64,000 bases of DNA from the human T2T-CHM13v2.0 reference genome, Homo sapiens (GCF_009914755.1 NC_060935.1); one strand, 5' to 3'; positions 40,415-54,329 are shown, numbered from the stretch's first letter. The notes: generated by a model not told the origin, from the sequence alone. Translations and numbers: made by a program.

Positions 40415-42870
40415 ACCCTCTTCCCCACGTTATAATTGTTCCAGGTTCCCAGGTATTGGTCTGGGAGTTTTCCCATAACACTGGCCTGCCTTCATTTAGG
40501 GACAATTTTTTGCCTGTATAATGGCGTTCAGCTGCAGTCAGAGTATTGTCTTTAGGAACACTTAGAAAGTTTAAAGTAAATAATGCTAAATGTAATTGGG
40601 AGTGGGGAGTGGTTAAATTATGCTTTTGTTGCTCAGACTGTTTGGACAATTGAGTTTTTAAAGTGCGATTGGCCTGTTCCACCACAGCCTGTCCCTGAGG
40701 ATTGTAAGGGATTCCAGTAATATGAGAAATTCCTCATTGTTGCATAAATAAATCAAAGCCTTACTAACATATCCAGGGGCATTGTCTATCTTTATCTCAT
40801 ATGAAAGCCCCGAAACTGCAAAGCAAGAATACAGATGTCTTTTAACATGGGCCATGCCTTCCCCTGTTTGGCAAGTAGCCCAAATAATACCTGAAAAGGT
40901 GTCTACAGAAACATGTACATATGAAAGTCTGCCAAAGGAGCTAACATGAGTCACATCCACTTGCCATAAATCATTAGGAGTTAGGCCTCTGGAATTAATG
41001 CCAGGTTCCTGATTTGGAAGTACAAAAATTTGTCACTGAGGGCAGCAGTGGACAATAAGCTTAGCCTCCTTCCAGGTGAGAGCAAATTTATCTTTTAATC
41101 CAGCCACATTGACATGAGTGAGATTATGGAACTCCTGAGCCTCTTAGATTGCAAAAGAGACCAAACAGTTGACCTTACGGTTTCCAGCAGACATGGGTCC
41201 TGGTACAGTGTTATGAAATCTAATATTTGTAATATAGAAAGGGTGTCTACATTGGTGAACCACCTGTTGTAACCTTGAAAATGAAGAATCCAATTCAGAA
41301 TTATCAATATGTTTGATACTAGCAGTTTCTATATTTTTAGTGGCATGTACAATATAAGCAGAATCAGAGACAATATTTAAAGGTTTGGAGAAATCCTGTA
41401 AGGCAGTAATTACAGCAATTAACTCTGCCTTTTGAGCAGAGGTATAAGGAGTAGAAATAAGCTTGTCTGTAGGACCCACATAACCAGCATTTCCATTACT
41501 GGAGACATCAGTGAACACTGTAATGGCCTCAGGAATGGGCTGATATTTGGTCAATCGAGGGACCACCCAAGAAGTCATTTTTATAAAATCAAACAATTTG
41601 TTTTTTGAATGATTGTCCATAACACTGATAAAATCAGTCAAGTGAATTTGCCACAGTATGGAATGTTGAAAAGCGGCCTGGACTTTGAGCTGATTTAAAG
41701 GAACCACAATTAAATTAGGATCAAATCTGGAAATTTTAAGTATTCTACACTGAGCTTGTCCAATTAGGGTGGCCATTTGGTCCAGATAAACAGACAAAGT
41801 TTTTGACACAGAATGAGGAAGAAAACACCACTCCACTAAATCATTATGTTGAACTATTAGTCCAGTAGGGGAGTTCAATGAAGTGAAAACCAGAAGCTGT
41901 ATAGGCTGAGACGGCTGTACCCTAGACAACTGGGCAGTTTGGATTCTTTCCTCCATGAATTCCAGTTCCAGTGAAGCCTCAGGGGTCAAAGTCCTGGGAC
42001 TGCAGAGATTGGAATCTCTGCACAGCATAGAAAACAAGTTAGACAGTGCCTATGTTGGAATGCCTAAAGTAGGTCTTAAATAATTAATGTTACCTAAAAG
42101 TTTTTGGAAATCATTTAAGGTTTTTAAAGAATCACTCCTAATCTGAAACTTTTGAGGCTGAATACATTCTTTATCGGCCACCAGTCCTAAATATTGAACA
42201 GGAGTGGTCTGTTGAATTTTATCCTGAGTGATGTGTAATCCAGCCTCTGCAACATGGTGGCTCAGAAATTGATAACAGTCAATTAATTCTTTATCAGTGG
42301 GGGCAGCAGTTAATATATCATCAATATAATGAAGAATATAGGCCTGGGGAAATTGAGCTCAAACTGGTGAAAGCACCTGTCCAACACAAAGCTGGCAGAT
42401 GGTAGGGCTATTCAGCATTCCCTGAGGGAGTACTTTCCATTGTTAACAAGTTTCAGGCTCCTGATTATTGATAGATGGTACAGTAGAAGCAAATTTTTTC
42501 ACAATCCAATTTATGTAAAGCAATATGAAAGAAACAGTCTTTAAGATCAATAACTATGAGAGGCCAATTCTTAGGTATTAAAGCAGGGGCAGGCATGCCG
42601 GGTTGGATGGCTCCCATAGGTTTAATTACAGCATTAATGTCCCTTAAATCAGTTACCATCCTCCACTTGCCTGATTTCTTTTTTACTAGAAACACAGGAG
42701 AATTCCAGGGGAAAAGAAGGTTCCACATTTCCAAGTTGTAACTGTTCAGAAACTAATTGAGTTAAAACCTCCAGTTTTTCTTTAGAGAGCAGCCACTGCT
42801 CAATCCAAACAGGAGTTTCAGATTTCCATTGTAGAGGAACAGGATCAGGAGGTGTAGCAGTGGCCATCAT
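40188..42870 (-). pseudogene. pol: HML-8 pol (RT-RNaseH-IN), disrupted
   Basis: [28 protein letters not shown] (about 42316-42327), RNase H VFTD..SAQKAEL, integrase MDVTH..VDTFS..DNAPGY..VEQAN, WGRGYACV. Several stops and frameshifts. Confidence 0.93.
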
Positions 42871-43877
42871 TAAAAAGGATAACCTAAACCAGCCCTGTCT
42901 TCTTTTACAGTGATTTGAAGAGGTTTAGTAATTCCTTCATGTTTTGGACTAAGACCAAGTCCAGGAACAAACCCCATGTTTTCCATTATATGTTGACTGG
43001 AAGCGCTATAAGAGTTATGTGGAATTTTAATTTCAGCCCCCCATTGTGCCAGCAAGTCTCTACCCCAAAGATTAATGGGGATTGGCACGATATAAGGCTG
43101 AATTGTACCCTTTTGACCATCAGGGCCAGTGCAAGGCAAGATAAATGTGCTCTGGTGAACTTCATCAGCTTTTCCAACCCCTACTAGTCCCATGTTAGTG
43201 GGATGTTTAAGCCAGGAGGAAGGCCATAAATTAGAGGAAATAATAGAAACATCAGCCCCAGTATCTACTAGGCCCTCAAACTTTTTTCCTTGAATGGGTA
43301 TGGTGCAGGTGGGCCATTGTTTAGAAATTACATTAATCCAATAAGTGGCTTTTTCACTGCCAGAGCCCATCCCAGGTCCCTGTGTCTTATCTCCATTGTT
43401 TAAAACAATATTAGGTAGTAAAAGTAATTGAGTAATTGACTCACCAGCCGGAATGGAGACAGGAACCTTGGTAGACACCATAAGTTTAATCTTGTCAGAG
43501 GAATCAGAATTAATGAGACCAGTATGAACTGTGATACCTTTAGTAGTAGTGGATGCCCTACCTAACACCAGGTCCACTGAACCTTGAGGTAAAGGGCCGG
43601 TGACCCCCGTGGGGACAATTAAAGGCAAAGAATTAGGTAGTAAATTTAGAGGAATGGAACTACAGAGATCGACCGCCCTGCCCCCTACTGTGGAGGTGGA
43701 CAAGCATTGTACTGGGACAGAAGAAGAGGCTGGAACCCATCTGGATTGACTGTAGGTAAATTTGTTTGTGCTGGGGGCTGTGTTGGGACTGCTTGAAGCA
43801 GAAATGCAACATTGGTCTGAGTCTGAGGTGTCCCATTTGATACTGGGGCCTGGGACTGGGCCTGCTTCCTGTTTCCC
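42870..43877 (-). CDS. pro: HML-8 pro: dUTPase-like domain, aspartic protease and G-patch in an uninterrupted frame
   Basis: ORF 42870-43703 contains LVDTGAD, WGRDLL and a G-patch ([12 protein letters not shown]...GLGY). Manual translation shows the frame stays open up to the slippery heptamer GGGAAAC (43871-43877). Confidence 0.85.
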   Translation of the reverse strand, partial: GKQEAGPVPGPSIKWDTSDSDQCCISASSSPNTAPSTNKFTYSQSRWVPASSSVPVQCLSTSTVGGRAVDLCSSIPLNLLPNSLPLIVPTGVTGPLPQGSVDLVLGRASTTTKGITVHTGLINSDSSDKIKLMVSTKVPVSIPAGESITQLLLLPNIVLNNGDKTQGPGMGSGSEKATYWINVISKQWPTCTIPIQGKKFEGLVDTGADVSIISSNLWPSSWLKHPTNMGLVGVGKADEVHQSTFILPCTGPDGQKGTIQPYIVPIPINLWGRDLLAQWGAEIKIPHNSYSASSQHIMENMGFVPGLGLSPKHEGITKPLQITVKEDRAGLGYPF

Positions 43878-45816
43878 TGGTTCTGTGGCAAGGGATTTCC
43901 ATCTATATCAGTCTTAGAGTGGCAAGTACTTGCCCAATGTTTACTTTTATGACAACGAGGGCAAACAGTAGCAGGAGCATTTGGCCATGTTTGTTGAGCT
44001 GGCTTGGCCACTGTTTTTAACAGTGCAATTTTTTCAAGTATGACCAAGTTGACCACAATTATAGCAGGCTCCAAGAAAAGAATCAGTCGAGCCAGTTTGA
44101 TTGCTGTGCTTCATGGCCTGTGCCCACAGAATAGCTTTGTGGGTCTCTGATCCAATGCCTTCACAAGCTTTAATATATGCAAGCAACACCTTGTGATCAG
44201 GTAAATTTTGTCATTGGATGGAATGCATGGCCATTTTACACTCATGGTTCACATTCTCAAAAGCTAACATACGAAGGAGAATGTCTTCAGCACGCTCATC
44301 AGAGACAGATTTTTCAACAGCATCTTGTAATTTAGCCAAAAAATCAGGATGTAATTCATTGTGACCCTGTTTAACAGTAGTAAAAGAAACAGGAGCTTGG
44401 CCCAGGGTGCATAATTTATCCCAAGCTCTCATACACAACTTTGTTACTTGTTCCATGGTGAGAGCATCAAAACCTAATTGGGTGGTAGTGTCAGAGTAAT
44501 TATCAGAGCCTGTGAACTGAGCCTGAGTAATTGGAATGCCATCAGCCCCATTTAGCTGAGCCTGCAGATGGGCCTCCTCTGACCACCATGTATGGAACTA
44601 TAAATGCTGAGATGGAGTTAGAATAGCTTTTGCCAAAGGGCCCCAATCTAAAGGAAGCAAAATGACCTCTCTACAAAGAGTCTGTAATACCATTTTAACA
44701 TATGGAGAAGTAGGACCATACTGAGTACAAGCATCCTTGAATTCTTTTAAAAAGGTAAGATTGAGTGGCGTATATCAATGCACTTGTACCCCTTGAGCAT
44801 TGGGAGGTTCCAGCGCAACCGCATAAGCCCACACCTCTAATCCACTTGTTTCTTTGTTCTGGCATAATAAGCATTGCATAGAAGTTTCAAGAACAGGCAC
44901 ATGAGATGAAGTCAGCATAGAAGTGACAGGAAAAGTATGTGTAGATAAAGGAAACTGAGGTTGAGTAGGTGAGACCGGTATGAGAGTGTGAGAAAGGGGC
45001 ACTGGAGGAGCAGAAGAGGCAGAAGTATACTGGTGATTATTGTCCCAATCCTGTGCAACCACAGTGGCAGGGGTGTCCATATGTGAAGAAGGCTACAGAG
45101 AAGCAAGTTGAGTGGATGGCAAAATGACCGGTTGAGGGACCAAAATGACAGGAGAGTGAGGGGCTGTGGTGGAGAGGGGAGGGCCTGCAGAATTACAGGT
45201 AAATTGTAGTTTGGTCCCGGAGCCATTACATGGCTCCAGAGGCAAAGGCTGCAAAGGTTTGAAGAGGGAAGAGTTAGCATAGATATGGTCCTGGGCTGTC
45301 CGAGTTGGGGCCGTGGGAGCTACAAGTACTGGCTCCTCATGAAAAGAAATAAGATCATCAGGGGTGACGTTAAGACAAAATCACCAGAGTTAGATATTGG
45401 ATCCTCAATATCCTCAGGTGGGGGAGAAGATGAAGGGAGAGGCTGAGCAGATAACGAAGGCCAAGCGGGAGATGAAAGCTGAGGAAGAGGTAGAGAGTTG
45501 CCAGATTCAGAAAACTGTGGTAAGTGCAGGGGGCCACAGGATTGGCATGTCATTAGGATGGCACATACCAAGGCCCAATCACCCTGAACAGTGACAGGAA
45601 CATAATTTCCTTTCAGGACCAGTTCCCAGAATTTTGCACCAACGTGATCCCGTAGTTCCACATCTAATGTTCCCTTTTCAGGGAACCAAGAACAGTGTTC
45701 TTCCACCGCCCTGAATAGGGTGACCATATTTTCCATGGGTACCCAAACTCCCCCTGCTTTAACAGGATTTTAATATAGCAGAGATAAGCATAACGTTTAG
45801 ACTCTGCATGACCTAT
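43685..45816 (-). pseudogene. gag: HML-8 gag, disrupted
   Basis: Start codon decayed to ATA (then GHAESK). MA relic CSWFPEKGTLD, MHR VKQG..E.HPDFLAKL, zinc knuckle CPRCHKSKHWASTC. Multiple stops and frameshifts. Confidence 0.9.
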
Positions 45817-45952
45817 AGTTACCCCGGACAATACATAGACAACTCACCAATCGTCAGGGAGCTGGACAAGCATTTCTGTGAACCGGACTGATGAACGTTT
45901 CTACAAACCTACCAGAGGGAATTGGGTTCCCACATGCACTTAGGAAAAAGAA

Positions 45953-45970
45953 AACCACATTGGCATGCCA
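45953..45970 (-). promoter_or_regulatory. Primer-binding site, degenerate tRNA-Lys type
   Basis: Minus strand tggcatgccaatgtggtt lies 2 nt after the 5' LTR; compare Lys PBS tggcgcccaacgtggggc. Confidence 0.7.
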
Positions 45971-45972
45971 GA

Positions 45973-47051
45973 TATTGGGAGAAGCAAATCCCAATATTTC
46001 AACGTAGGTTCTTTCTATTTTCTGTAAGTGTCTGCTGGCTGAGAAATAGAGACAGTACAAAGAGAGAAATTTTACAGCTGGGCCACCAGGAGGTGACATC
46101 ACATATCGGTAGGACTGTGATGCCTGCCTGAGTCTCAGACCAGCAAGTTTTTATTAAGGGTTTCAAAAGGGGAGGGGGTATAAGAACAGAGAGTAGGTAC
46201 AAAGATTACATGCTTCAAAGAGCAAAAAGCAGAACCACTGATAAAGGCCTAACAAAGATCACATGCTTCTGAGGGAACAGGGCAAAGGGCAAAAGCAGAA
46301 CCGCTGACAAGGGTCCAACAAAGATCACAGGGCAAAAGGCAAAAGCAGAACCACTGATAAGGGTCTATGTTCAACAGTGCATGTATTGTCTTGATAAACA
46401 TCTTAAACAATAGAAAATAGGGTTCAAGAGCAGAGAACTGATCTGACCACAAGTTTACCAGGGTTGAGTTTTCTCAACCCTAGTAAGCCTGAGGGTTCTG
46501 CAGGAGACCAGGGCTTATCTCAACTGCACAAGACAGACTTTCCCAGAGCAGCTGTTTATAGACCTCCCCCCAGGAATGCATTCTTTTCCCAGGGTATTAA
46601 TATTCATATTCCTTGCTAGGATAAGAATTTAGCAATATGTTTCCTACTTGCACATCCATTTATAAGCTCTCTGCAAGAAGAAAAATATGGCTCTTTTTGC
46701 CCGACCCCACAGGCAGTCAGACCTTATGGTTGTCTTCCCTTATTCCATAAAAATCGCTATTATTCTGTTCTTTTTCAAGGTGCACTGATTTCATATTGTT
46801 CAAACACACATGTTTTACAATCAATTTCTACAGTTAACACAATTATCACAGTGGTCCTGAGGCGATGTATATCCTCAGCTTACAAAGATAACAGGATTAA
46901 GAGATTAAAGTAAAGACAGGCATAAGAAGTTATGAAAGAATTATTTGAGAACTGATAAATGTCCATATTAAGATGAAATCTTCACAATTTAAGTTCCTCT
47001 GCTGTGGCTCCAGCCGGTCCCTCTGTTCAGGATCCCTGACTTCCCATAACA
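45973..47051 (-). mobile_element. 5' LTR (MER11, A-like), 1079 bp
   Basis: Direct repeat of 36876-38014, followed by the PBS. Confidence 0.93.
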
Positions 47052-49829
47052 ACAAACGTTGAGGGGAGGGCAGGATTCACGCGTCTGGGGGCTAAACACA
47101 TGTTCTGCATTGGTTGCCTTAAGAGTTACTAGCAAGGCCAGTGTTAGGCTTGCAATAGGGATTTTAAAATACACTAACTAGTTCCTTAGCTACCTTCACA
47201 TACATTCTATAGGCCTTCTTAAATTAGCACTAACCTCCACTTCCTTCTCTGCCCCATTGCCTCCCAAATATGCTATGGAGCTATTTTTGTTACCACATTG
47301 TAACATGAATATGTATATGGTAGCCTCTTCAGGCTTCATGATTTTCATTCCAAAAATGCCTGGTGTGATGCTTTACACTCCACAAAGTATGGTTTAAAGG
47401 CACAAGGTCATGGCCTTTGTCATAGCAGTTGAATGTTCATTGAAATACTTTTCTATGATTTTTTTTAAATTACAATAGAAAAATAAGCTGTTTTAACGTG
47501 TAAGGTCATGACAATTATTGTACTTATATTTGAAATCAGATTTCCATAACTTGTATTTGTGTACAGAATTATCAATGGGTTTATACATTGTGAGATTTTT
47601 ATCTGAGATTGAGATGTGGATTATGCTTAACAGTGAAAGCTGAAATGAGACCATTTACTTTGTTTAATATGCTGTACTGTGCAAGTTTGGAAATGCACAT
47701 TAATTTACTGTACATAATATCTAGAGTTTGTTTGTATCTCCAAGTTTTTACACTGAGGATAAACTAGCTTTAATTAAATTCAAAACTTTTTTTTCTTTAT
47801 AAGGGAATAGGCTGTTGAGCTAAACCTGTATACATGTGCTTTTTATTTTCTGGATGCACAATGAAAGTTTATACTTGTATCTCACTGCATCATATCTGAT
47901 TGCAGAAACTAAAGCACAATTTAAAGCAAAAAAAAAAAGAATTGTGTATTCTGTAGTTGAGTGAAGTGTTCTGTAAATGTCTGTGAGGTCCATTTGGTCT
48001 ATGGTGCAGTTTAAATATGTTTCTTTGTTGATTTTCTATCTAGATTATCTGTTTAATGCTGACAGTAGGGTGTTGAAGTCCTTAACTGTTATTCTATTGG
48101 GTCTATCTCTTCATTTTAATCTAATAATATTTCCTGCATATGTCTGGGTACTTTGGTGTTCAGTGCATATATATTTGCAATTGTTATATTTTTCTTGCTG
48201 AATTGATCCCTTTATTATTATATAGTGTCCTTCTTTTTCTCTTTTTACAGATTTTAATTTCAAGTCTGTTTTGTCTAAGTATAGAACTCTTGCCCACTTT
48301 TGTTTCCATTTGCATGGATATCTTTTGCCATCCCTTCACTTTTAGCCTATGCATGTCTTTACAGGTGATTTGAGTTTCTTGTAGGCAGCATATAATTGGT
48401 TCTTTTTTTTTCTTATTCAGTCAATCTATACCTTTTAAATAGGGAATTTAATTAATTTATATTCAAGGTTATTATTAATAGGTGAGGACTTACTCCTGCC
48501 ATTTTATTGACTATTTGCTGTTTTTTTTTAACATATCCTTTGTTCCTTACTTCCTCTCTTATTGTTTATTTTTGTGATTGAGTGGTTGTCTGTAGTGATA
48601 ACCTTTGGTTCCTTCTTCTACCTGTGAGCTTTATAGTTTTGCATGTTTTTATGATGGTGATTATTATTTTTTCACTTCCAGATGTAAAGTTTCCTTGGGC
48701 ACTTCTTGTAAGGCTGGCCTGGTAGTGATAAATTTTCTTAGTTTTTGCTTGTTTGTAAAAGATTTTGTTTATCCCTCATTTCTGAATGATAGCTTGGCTG
48801 AGTATAATATTCTTGGCAGCCAGGGTTTTTTTTTCTGGTACTTTGAATATATCATCTTATTTCCTCACCTATGAGGTTTTGAATGAGAAATCTGCTGTTT
48901 TACTAATGGGGATTCACTTATATTGACTTACTATTTTCCTCTTACTGCTTTTATAATTATTCTTTTGTGTTTGCCTTTTGACAATTTGATTATAATGTAC
49001 CTTGGAGATAACCTGTTTGAGTTGAATGTATTTAGGGTTATTTGAGCTTCCCAGAGCTGGATGTCGATCTCTTTCCCAATATTTGGGAAATTTTCTGCTA
49101 TTATTTTATTAAATATATTTTCCTCACTTTTTGTTTTCTCTTCTCCTTCTGGAATGCCCATAATACAAAAATGTGTTTGCTTAATTTTGTCTCATAAATC
49201 CTGTAGGCTTTTTCTCTTTCTTTTCTTGTTTGCCTTTGCTATTTTAAAAGACTGTCTTCAAGTTCAGAAGTTCTTCTGCTTGGTCTAGTCTTTGTTGAAG
49301 CTCTTAATTTTTTTTTTATTTCATTCATTGAGTTCTTCAGCTCTAGGATTTCTATTTGGTTCTTTCTTATATCTAACTCTGTTGAATTTATCATTGAAAT
49401 CATGAATAGCTTTTCTGATTTTGTTGAATTATCTATTACATTCTCTTGTATCTCACTGAGTTTCCTTAAGAATATTCTTTTGATTTCTTTTTCTGGCGTT
49501 TCATATATTTATGATTGGGATCTGTTTCTGGAGAATTGTTTCCTTTTGAAGGTGACATGTTTTCTTGCTTATTCATGGTTGATGTGTCCCTGTGTTGACT
49601 TCTATGCATGTACTGGAAAAGATGACTTTTCTCTTTAATTGAATAGGCTTCATATCAAAAGAGCTATTTGCATAAATGAGCATTGCTGTGTTGGTTTGAT
49701 GGAGTATATTGGCCTTGGTTCTAGATGCAGTAGTGTAACTCTCCATGTAGTTTCTTTAGCTGTAATCCACACTGGTAGCATTTGTAAGTTTATCATCAGC
49801 TTAGACTGACAGAATTTGTGGTGTGGCTC

Positions 49830-50380
49830 TCCAGGAATGGGCTTGCCAGGCTATTTCTCAGGTCAGGGTCATTTTTACGCACATGGTGGTTTGGCTGACT
49901 TCATATCTGGCTCACTGGGGTTGGGGCCATAGGGCTGTTACTCTGGCCAGGAGCATGGGCATGTGGTTGCTTGGTTGGTTTGGGAATGTGTTTGTCAGAG
50001 GCAGCCCACAAGATTGTTTCTCAGGCCTGGGATGGGGCACAAGGCTACTTGGCTGGCTTGGGGATGTGCTTACCAGAGGCATCCTGACAGGCTGTTTTTT
50101 AGTTCTGCTATGTGGGCACATAGCTACTGGGCTGGCCCAGTATGGCACATATCTGCTTGGGGTGACCCATGGGGCTGTTTCTCAGGCTCAGGACACAGCG
50201 GCATGACTGCCCAGTTGACCTGGGGATATGTTTGCTTGGGGTGGCCCACACGGGTGTTTCTCAGGCTCAGGATGTGGTCATATGGCTTTTTGGCTGGTCT
50301 AGGGACATTTCTGCTCGGTATGGCCCACAGGGTTATTTCTTAAGTCTAGGATGTGGGTGCACAGCTGCTAGGTTGGGGAA
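49830..50380 (-). repeat. About 80-bp degenerate tandem array (about 7 units) in the L1 5' UTR
   Basis: Anchor 'ggctgtttctcaggc' variants at about 49849, 49933, 50012, 50090, 50173, 50252 and 50331. Confidence 0.75.
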
Positions 50381-51587
50381 CAGACATCAACTCAGCCAAA
50401 TCATAGCTGATCCTGGACCCAGGCTCCTCACAGCTGGTTGTGGCATTTAGCCATCAGTATGGGCTTGGCATAATGAAAATGGAGTTACAGTACTGAGGAA
50501 GTATAGTGGCTACCAGGTCCCAGAGGAGGGTGCACTCTAGAGGTGGCTCTGGTCTCAAGATGGCACTATGCTGCAGCAGCTTGTCTCACAGGGGTTGGTG
50601 AGGGGCAGATGGTGCACACCTTGTGTGCCTAGTCTGAGGCAATGCGTCTGCATGAATTCCCAGCAGCCTTCCAATCTGGGCTCAAGGCTTGTTGAGTACT
50701 ATGGAGCTTCTCCTGTAGTAAGAATGGTAGGTGTTTTCAGTGGCACTGGAGAGTGGCGGGATCATCTGCTTACCTTTTTCCTGCAACTGGAAGTCTCTCC
50801 TAACTCTGGGCCAATCTATTCCAAGTGGTGGAGACAACACAACGGAGGTGATGACCTCCTGGAATTCCAGTCACTGCAAGTGTATCTCCACTCCCCTACT
50901 GCACTCCAGTCCTCTCCCTTTGACACTCCAGTCAAATCTTAGCTGTTTATTTGTTGTTGCGTTGGTCCTTTCTTGTCACAGACATGCATGCTCAGCATCT
51001 CTAGTCAATCATCTTGCTCCAATTTTTTTATCTTTATAGCTAAAGAGCAACATAACAAGAAAATCAAAGATGCTGTGTCACTTTTCTACAAGATGTTTTA
51101 AAACATTATGTTTTGAAGCTTTTTCATTTTACATATGACTCAATTACAGTTATTACTTAGCTTTCTTTGAATGGATTTTTGAATTTGATTGCCACTAAAC
51201 TAATTTTGCTTTTCAAAGTGTTTTGTTGCTATAATTATAACTTATTAGTTATATGATAAGCGACCAAGGTGCAATACAGCTACTCAAAATTCTGTACAAT
51301 AATTATACCAGTTGGAAATTGTAGCTCAGGAAAGATGTACTGTTAAATGAAAATTTAGTAGTTACAAAATGCTGAGTCAAAACTAATCTTCTTCAAGGTA
51401 TAAATCAACTCTCCAGATTGACATAACCAGACAAAGAGTTTAACTTTTCTTTTTAGTTTATTATAATGAGAACACAAACAGTTTGGGGAGGTATCTCTTT
51501 AACAATTATTACCAGTATAACAAGACTTTTTGAAAACTAGTACTAAATGCCCTAAAACGAAACAAAAAGCAAAATAAAATAAAATGA

Positions 51588-51924
<337 letters not shown>

Positions 51925-52169
51925 TCAAAATCACTTTAAAAATGAAACATTTTTAAATAAAAATATAATTCAAGACAATGCAAGAAATATAATCTAGAAA
52001 AGTTATATAATGATGAGTCTTCTATTTCCACTTAAATGTATGAGAGGGCTGTCCCTGTGATGTATAGACTGAGGAGGCAATTGCTTCTGGAGCATAAGTT
52101 AAGAGGCACATCTTACTCCTACTCCTGAATATCTCTGGTTCAATGAGCTGAAATTCTGATCTTTAAATT

Positions 52170-53520
52170 TCTGCTTCTAGAAGTAAGGTTAATTCTGAAG
52201 GCATTCCTCCTACAAATTAACTAGATCCTAAATAAAACATGCATTTTTCTAATGCATTGCTAGACTCAAGGGAGTTAAGAAAATCTCCAAGAATCACCTC
52301 CTAAATAAACACATATTATGCAAATTGATACGTGAGTTTAGGCTAGAGTAGGACCACTGAGCGGTAACTGCAGAACAAGCTGGAAAAGTGAAGTTGCCTA
52401 AAAAAAAAAGAAGTGCTGATATTAGTGTAGAAAGAAGAGACAGTGTCGTCGGTTGGTTGCAATGTGGAATCGTTAAACTGAACTCAAGTGATTCCAGATT
52501 GAGAGCAACTCCTGGCTTTTAGTAGAAGTGGTGCAAATCCTCTCTGGAAGATAACAACTTCTATTTAGACTGCAAGATTTTCATAGATTAAGCTCAAGCA
52601 AATTTAGCTCAAAATAAAGATCAACAAAACCACAAAAGAGATGACTGTATGACTGAAATTTAGCAAAAACAAGAGAGATTTCCCCAAGGGTTTTGGATAT
52701 TGAAACTAAGAAACAGAGAACACAATATAACTAAAAATGAAGTGTCTAAAAATATAAAAAAAAAACAGAATCTAAAATGCAAAAGCAGAGACCTCAGGAA
52801 ATTACTAGGATCATTTTGAAAAAAATAGAAATTTTAGGTATAAAAAATAAAATTGTTTTAAAAAATCAATATTAAATAGCAGATCAGACATAGCTGAAGA
52901 AAGATGTGAACTGGAAGATAAGCCAAAATAAATCACTTAGAATATAGTACATAGAGAAGACAAAAATATAGAAGAAAGTTTTAGAAATATGAAGGAAAGA
53001 ATAAGATTCAATATAAGGCAAAGGAACTGCTACAAAGTCAGAATAGAGGAAATTTAAAAGAGTGAATATTTGCAGAAATAATAGCTAAAAATAGAGGAAA
53101 AATATGAATCTACACAGAGGGAACCAAACCAACGCAAATACCGTGCAGGATAAATTAGGAAAAAAGTACACCTTCACACTTTGTGATGAAACAGCATAAA
53201 ACCAAGGAGAAGCTCATAAAAGCAGGCATAAAGGCCAGGCAGATCATCTATGAAGAGGTGACAACAGTGAAATGTGTAAGATAAAAGAATTGCTGAAATA
53301 AATAAAGAAAATGACTACAGACAGCAGGTAGGAGACAGAAAAAAGAAATGGTGCTCAAATATGTTGGTAAACATATAGGTAAACATTGTCTTTATAAGAT
53401 ACTAAAAATAGTGCTATCTTATTTATAGGTTAAAAAGGAAACAGAACTAAAGAAAAACATGTTAATTGGGAGGAGAGAGTGATAGTAAAGTGTTCTAGAA
53501 CACTGCTTAATACTTTATCA
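52170..53520 (+). mobile_element. Ancient L1 ORF1-region / HAL1-like relic
   Basis: A-rich strand with 'aatagcagat.agacatagctgaagaaaga...gaactggaagata' (coiled-coil ORF1 relic) and 'gaaataatagctaaaa'. Confidence 0.5.
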
Positions 53521-53582
53521 ACTTGTTGATGGTTTTAAACAAGATTATTCTCATTTAATGAGTTGTCTAGCCACTTTGAAAA

Positions 53583-54307
53583 TGTAGGATGGACCCCCAT
53601 ACAAAATTTGGTTCAAATGTCAAGATTGATGAACACACACACACACACACACACACACCCAACAGGGTATGAAGAAGTTTATTACTCATACAATAAGATT
53701 TGCTGGGGAGGCCGGGCGCAGTGGCTCACGCCTGTAATCCCAGCACTTTGGGAGGCCGAGATGGGCGGATCACGAGGTCAGGAGATCGAGACCATCCTGG
53801 CTAACACGGTGAAACCCCATCTCTACTAAAAATACAAAAAATTAGCCGGGCGAGGTGGCGGGCGCCTGTAGTCCCAGCTACTTGGGAGGCTGAGGCAGGA
53901 GAATGGTGAGAACCCTGGGGGGTGGAGCCTGCAGTGAGCCGAGATTGCGCCACTGCACTCCAGCGTGGGCAACAGCGAGACTCCGTCTCAAAAAAAAAAA
54001 AAAAACAAAACAAAAAAAAACAAGATTTGCTGGGGAAAGCAGGGAGGCACTCCCAAGTGTTCCAAAAATGGCTTGCGAGGGCCAGAAAAGGAAACTGGCT
54101 TGAGGTTTTCATGGTGATTAGTGGTGGGGCTGGGTCAGGGTTCCTATGTGAGGTTTTAAACTTTCCATAGGTGCCAAGGGAAGAAAAACTTGAGCTTTCT
54201 TATTCAGCTTGCTCAGATATGTGGCAGAAGGGGAAAAGGGAGGGTGAGGCTTAAAAGTTGTCAGCAGCAAAATGTTAAAAATAAATGGAGTCACATTCTT
54301 TATTACA
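53583..54307 (-). mobile_element. Old ERV1 solo LTR (MER89/MER90-like) interrupted by an AluYe
   Basis: Minus-strand start tgtaataaagaatgtgactccattt...gctgacaacttttaagcctcacc; TG...CA termini; AATAAA near 53680. Confidence 0.6.
53710..54021 (+). mobile_element. AluYe-type (Ye5/Ye6-like) full-length Alu
   Basis: Diagnostics gggcgAggtggcg, 'gaaccc.ggggggtggagcCtgcag' and 2-bp-deleted 'acagcgagac'. Perfect 15-bp TSD aagatttgctgggga (53695-53709 / 54022-54036). Confidence 0.88.
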
Positions 54308-54329
54308 ATTAAATCCTGATATATGACTG

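Larger units (their letters stand above)
36876..47051 (-). mobile_element. Full-length HERV-K(HML-8)/HERVK11 provirus (class II, betaretrovirus-like), 10.2 kb
   Basis: Two MER11 LTRs, Lys-type PBS, gag-pro-pol-env order, PPT, and 6-bp TSD acaaag (36870-36875) / acaaac (47052-47057). Confidence 0.93.

Noticed and set aside
49823-51039. Several 90-127 aa plus-strand ORFs
   Set aside because: Antisense readings of the repetitive, GC-richer L1 5' UTR.
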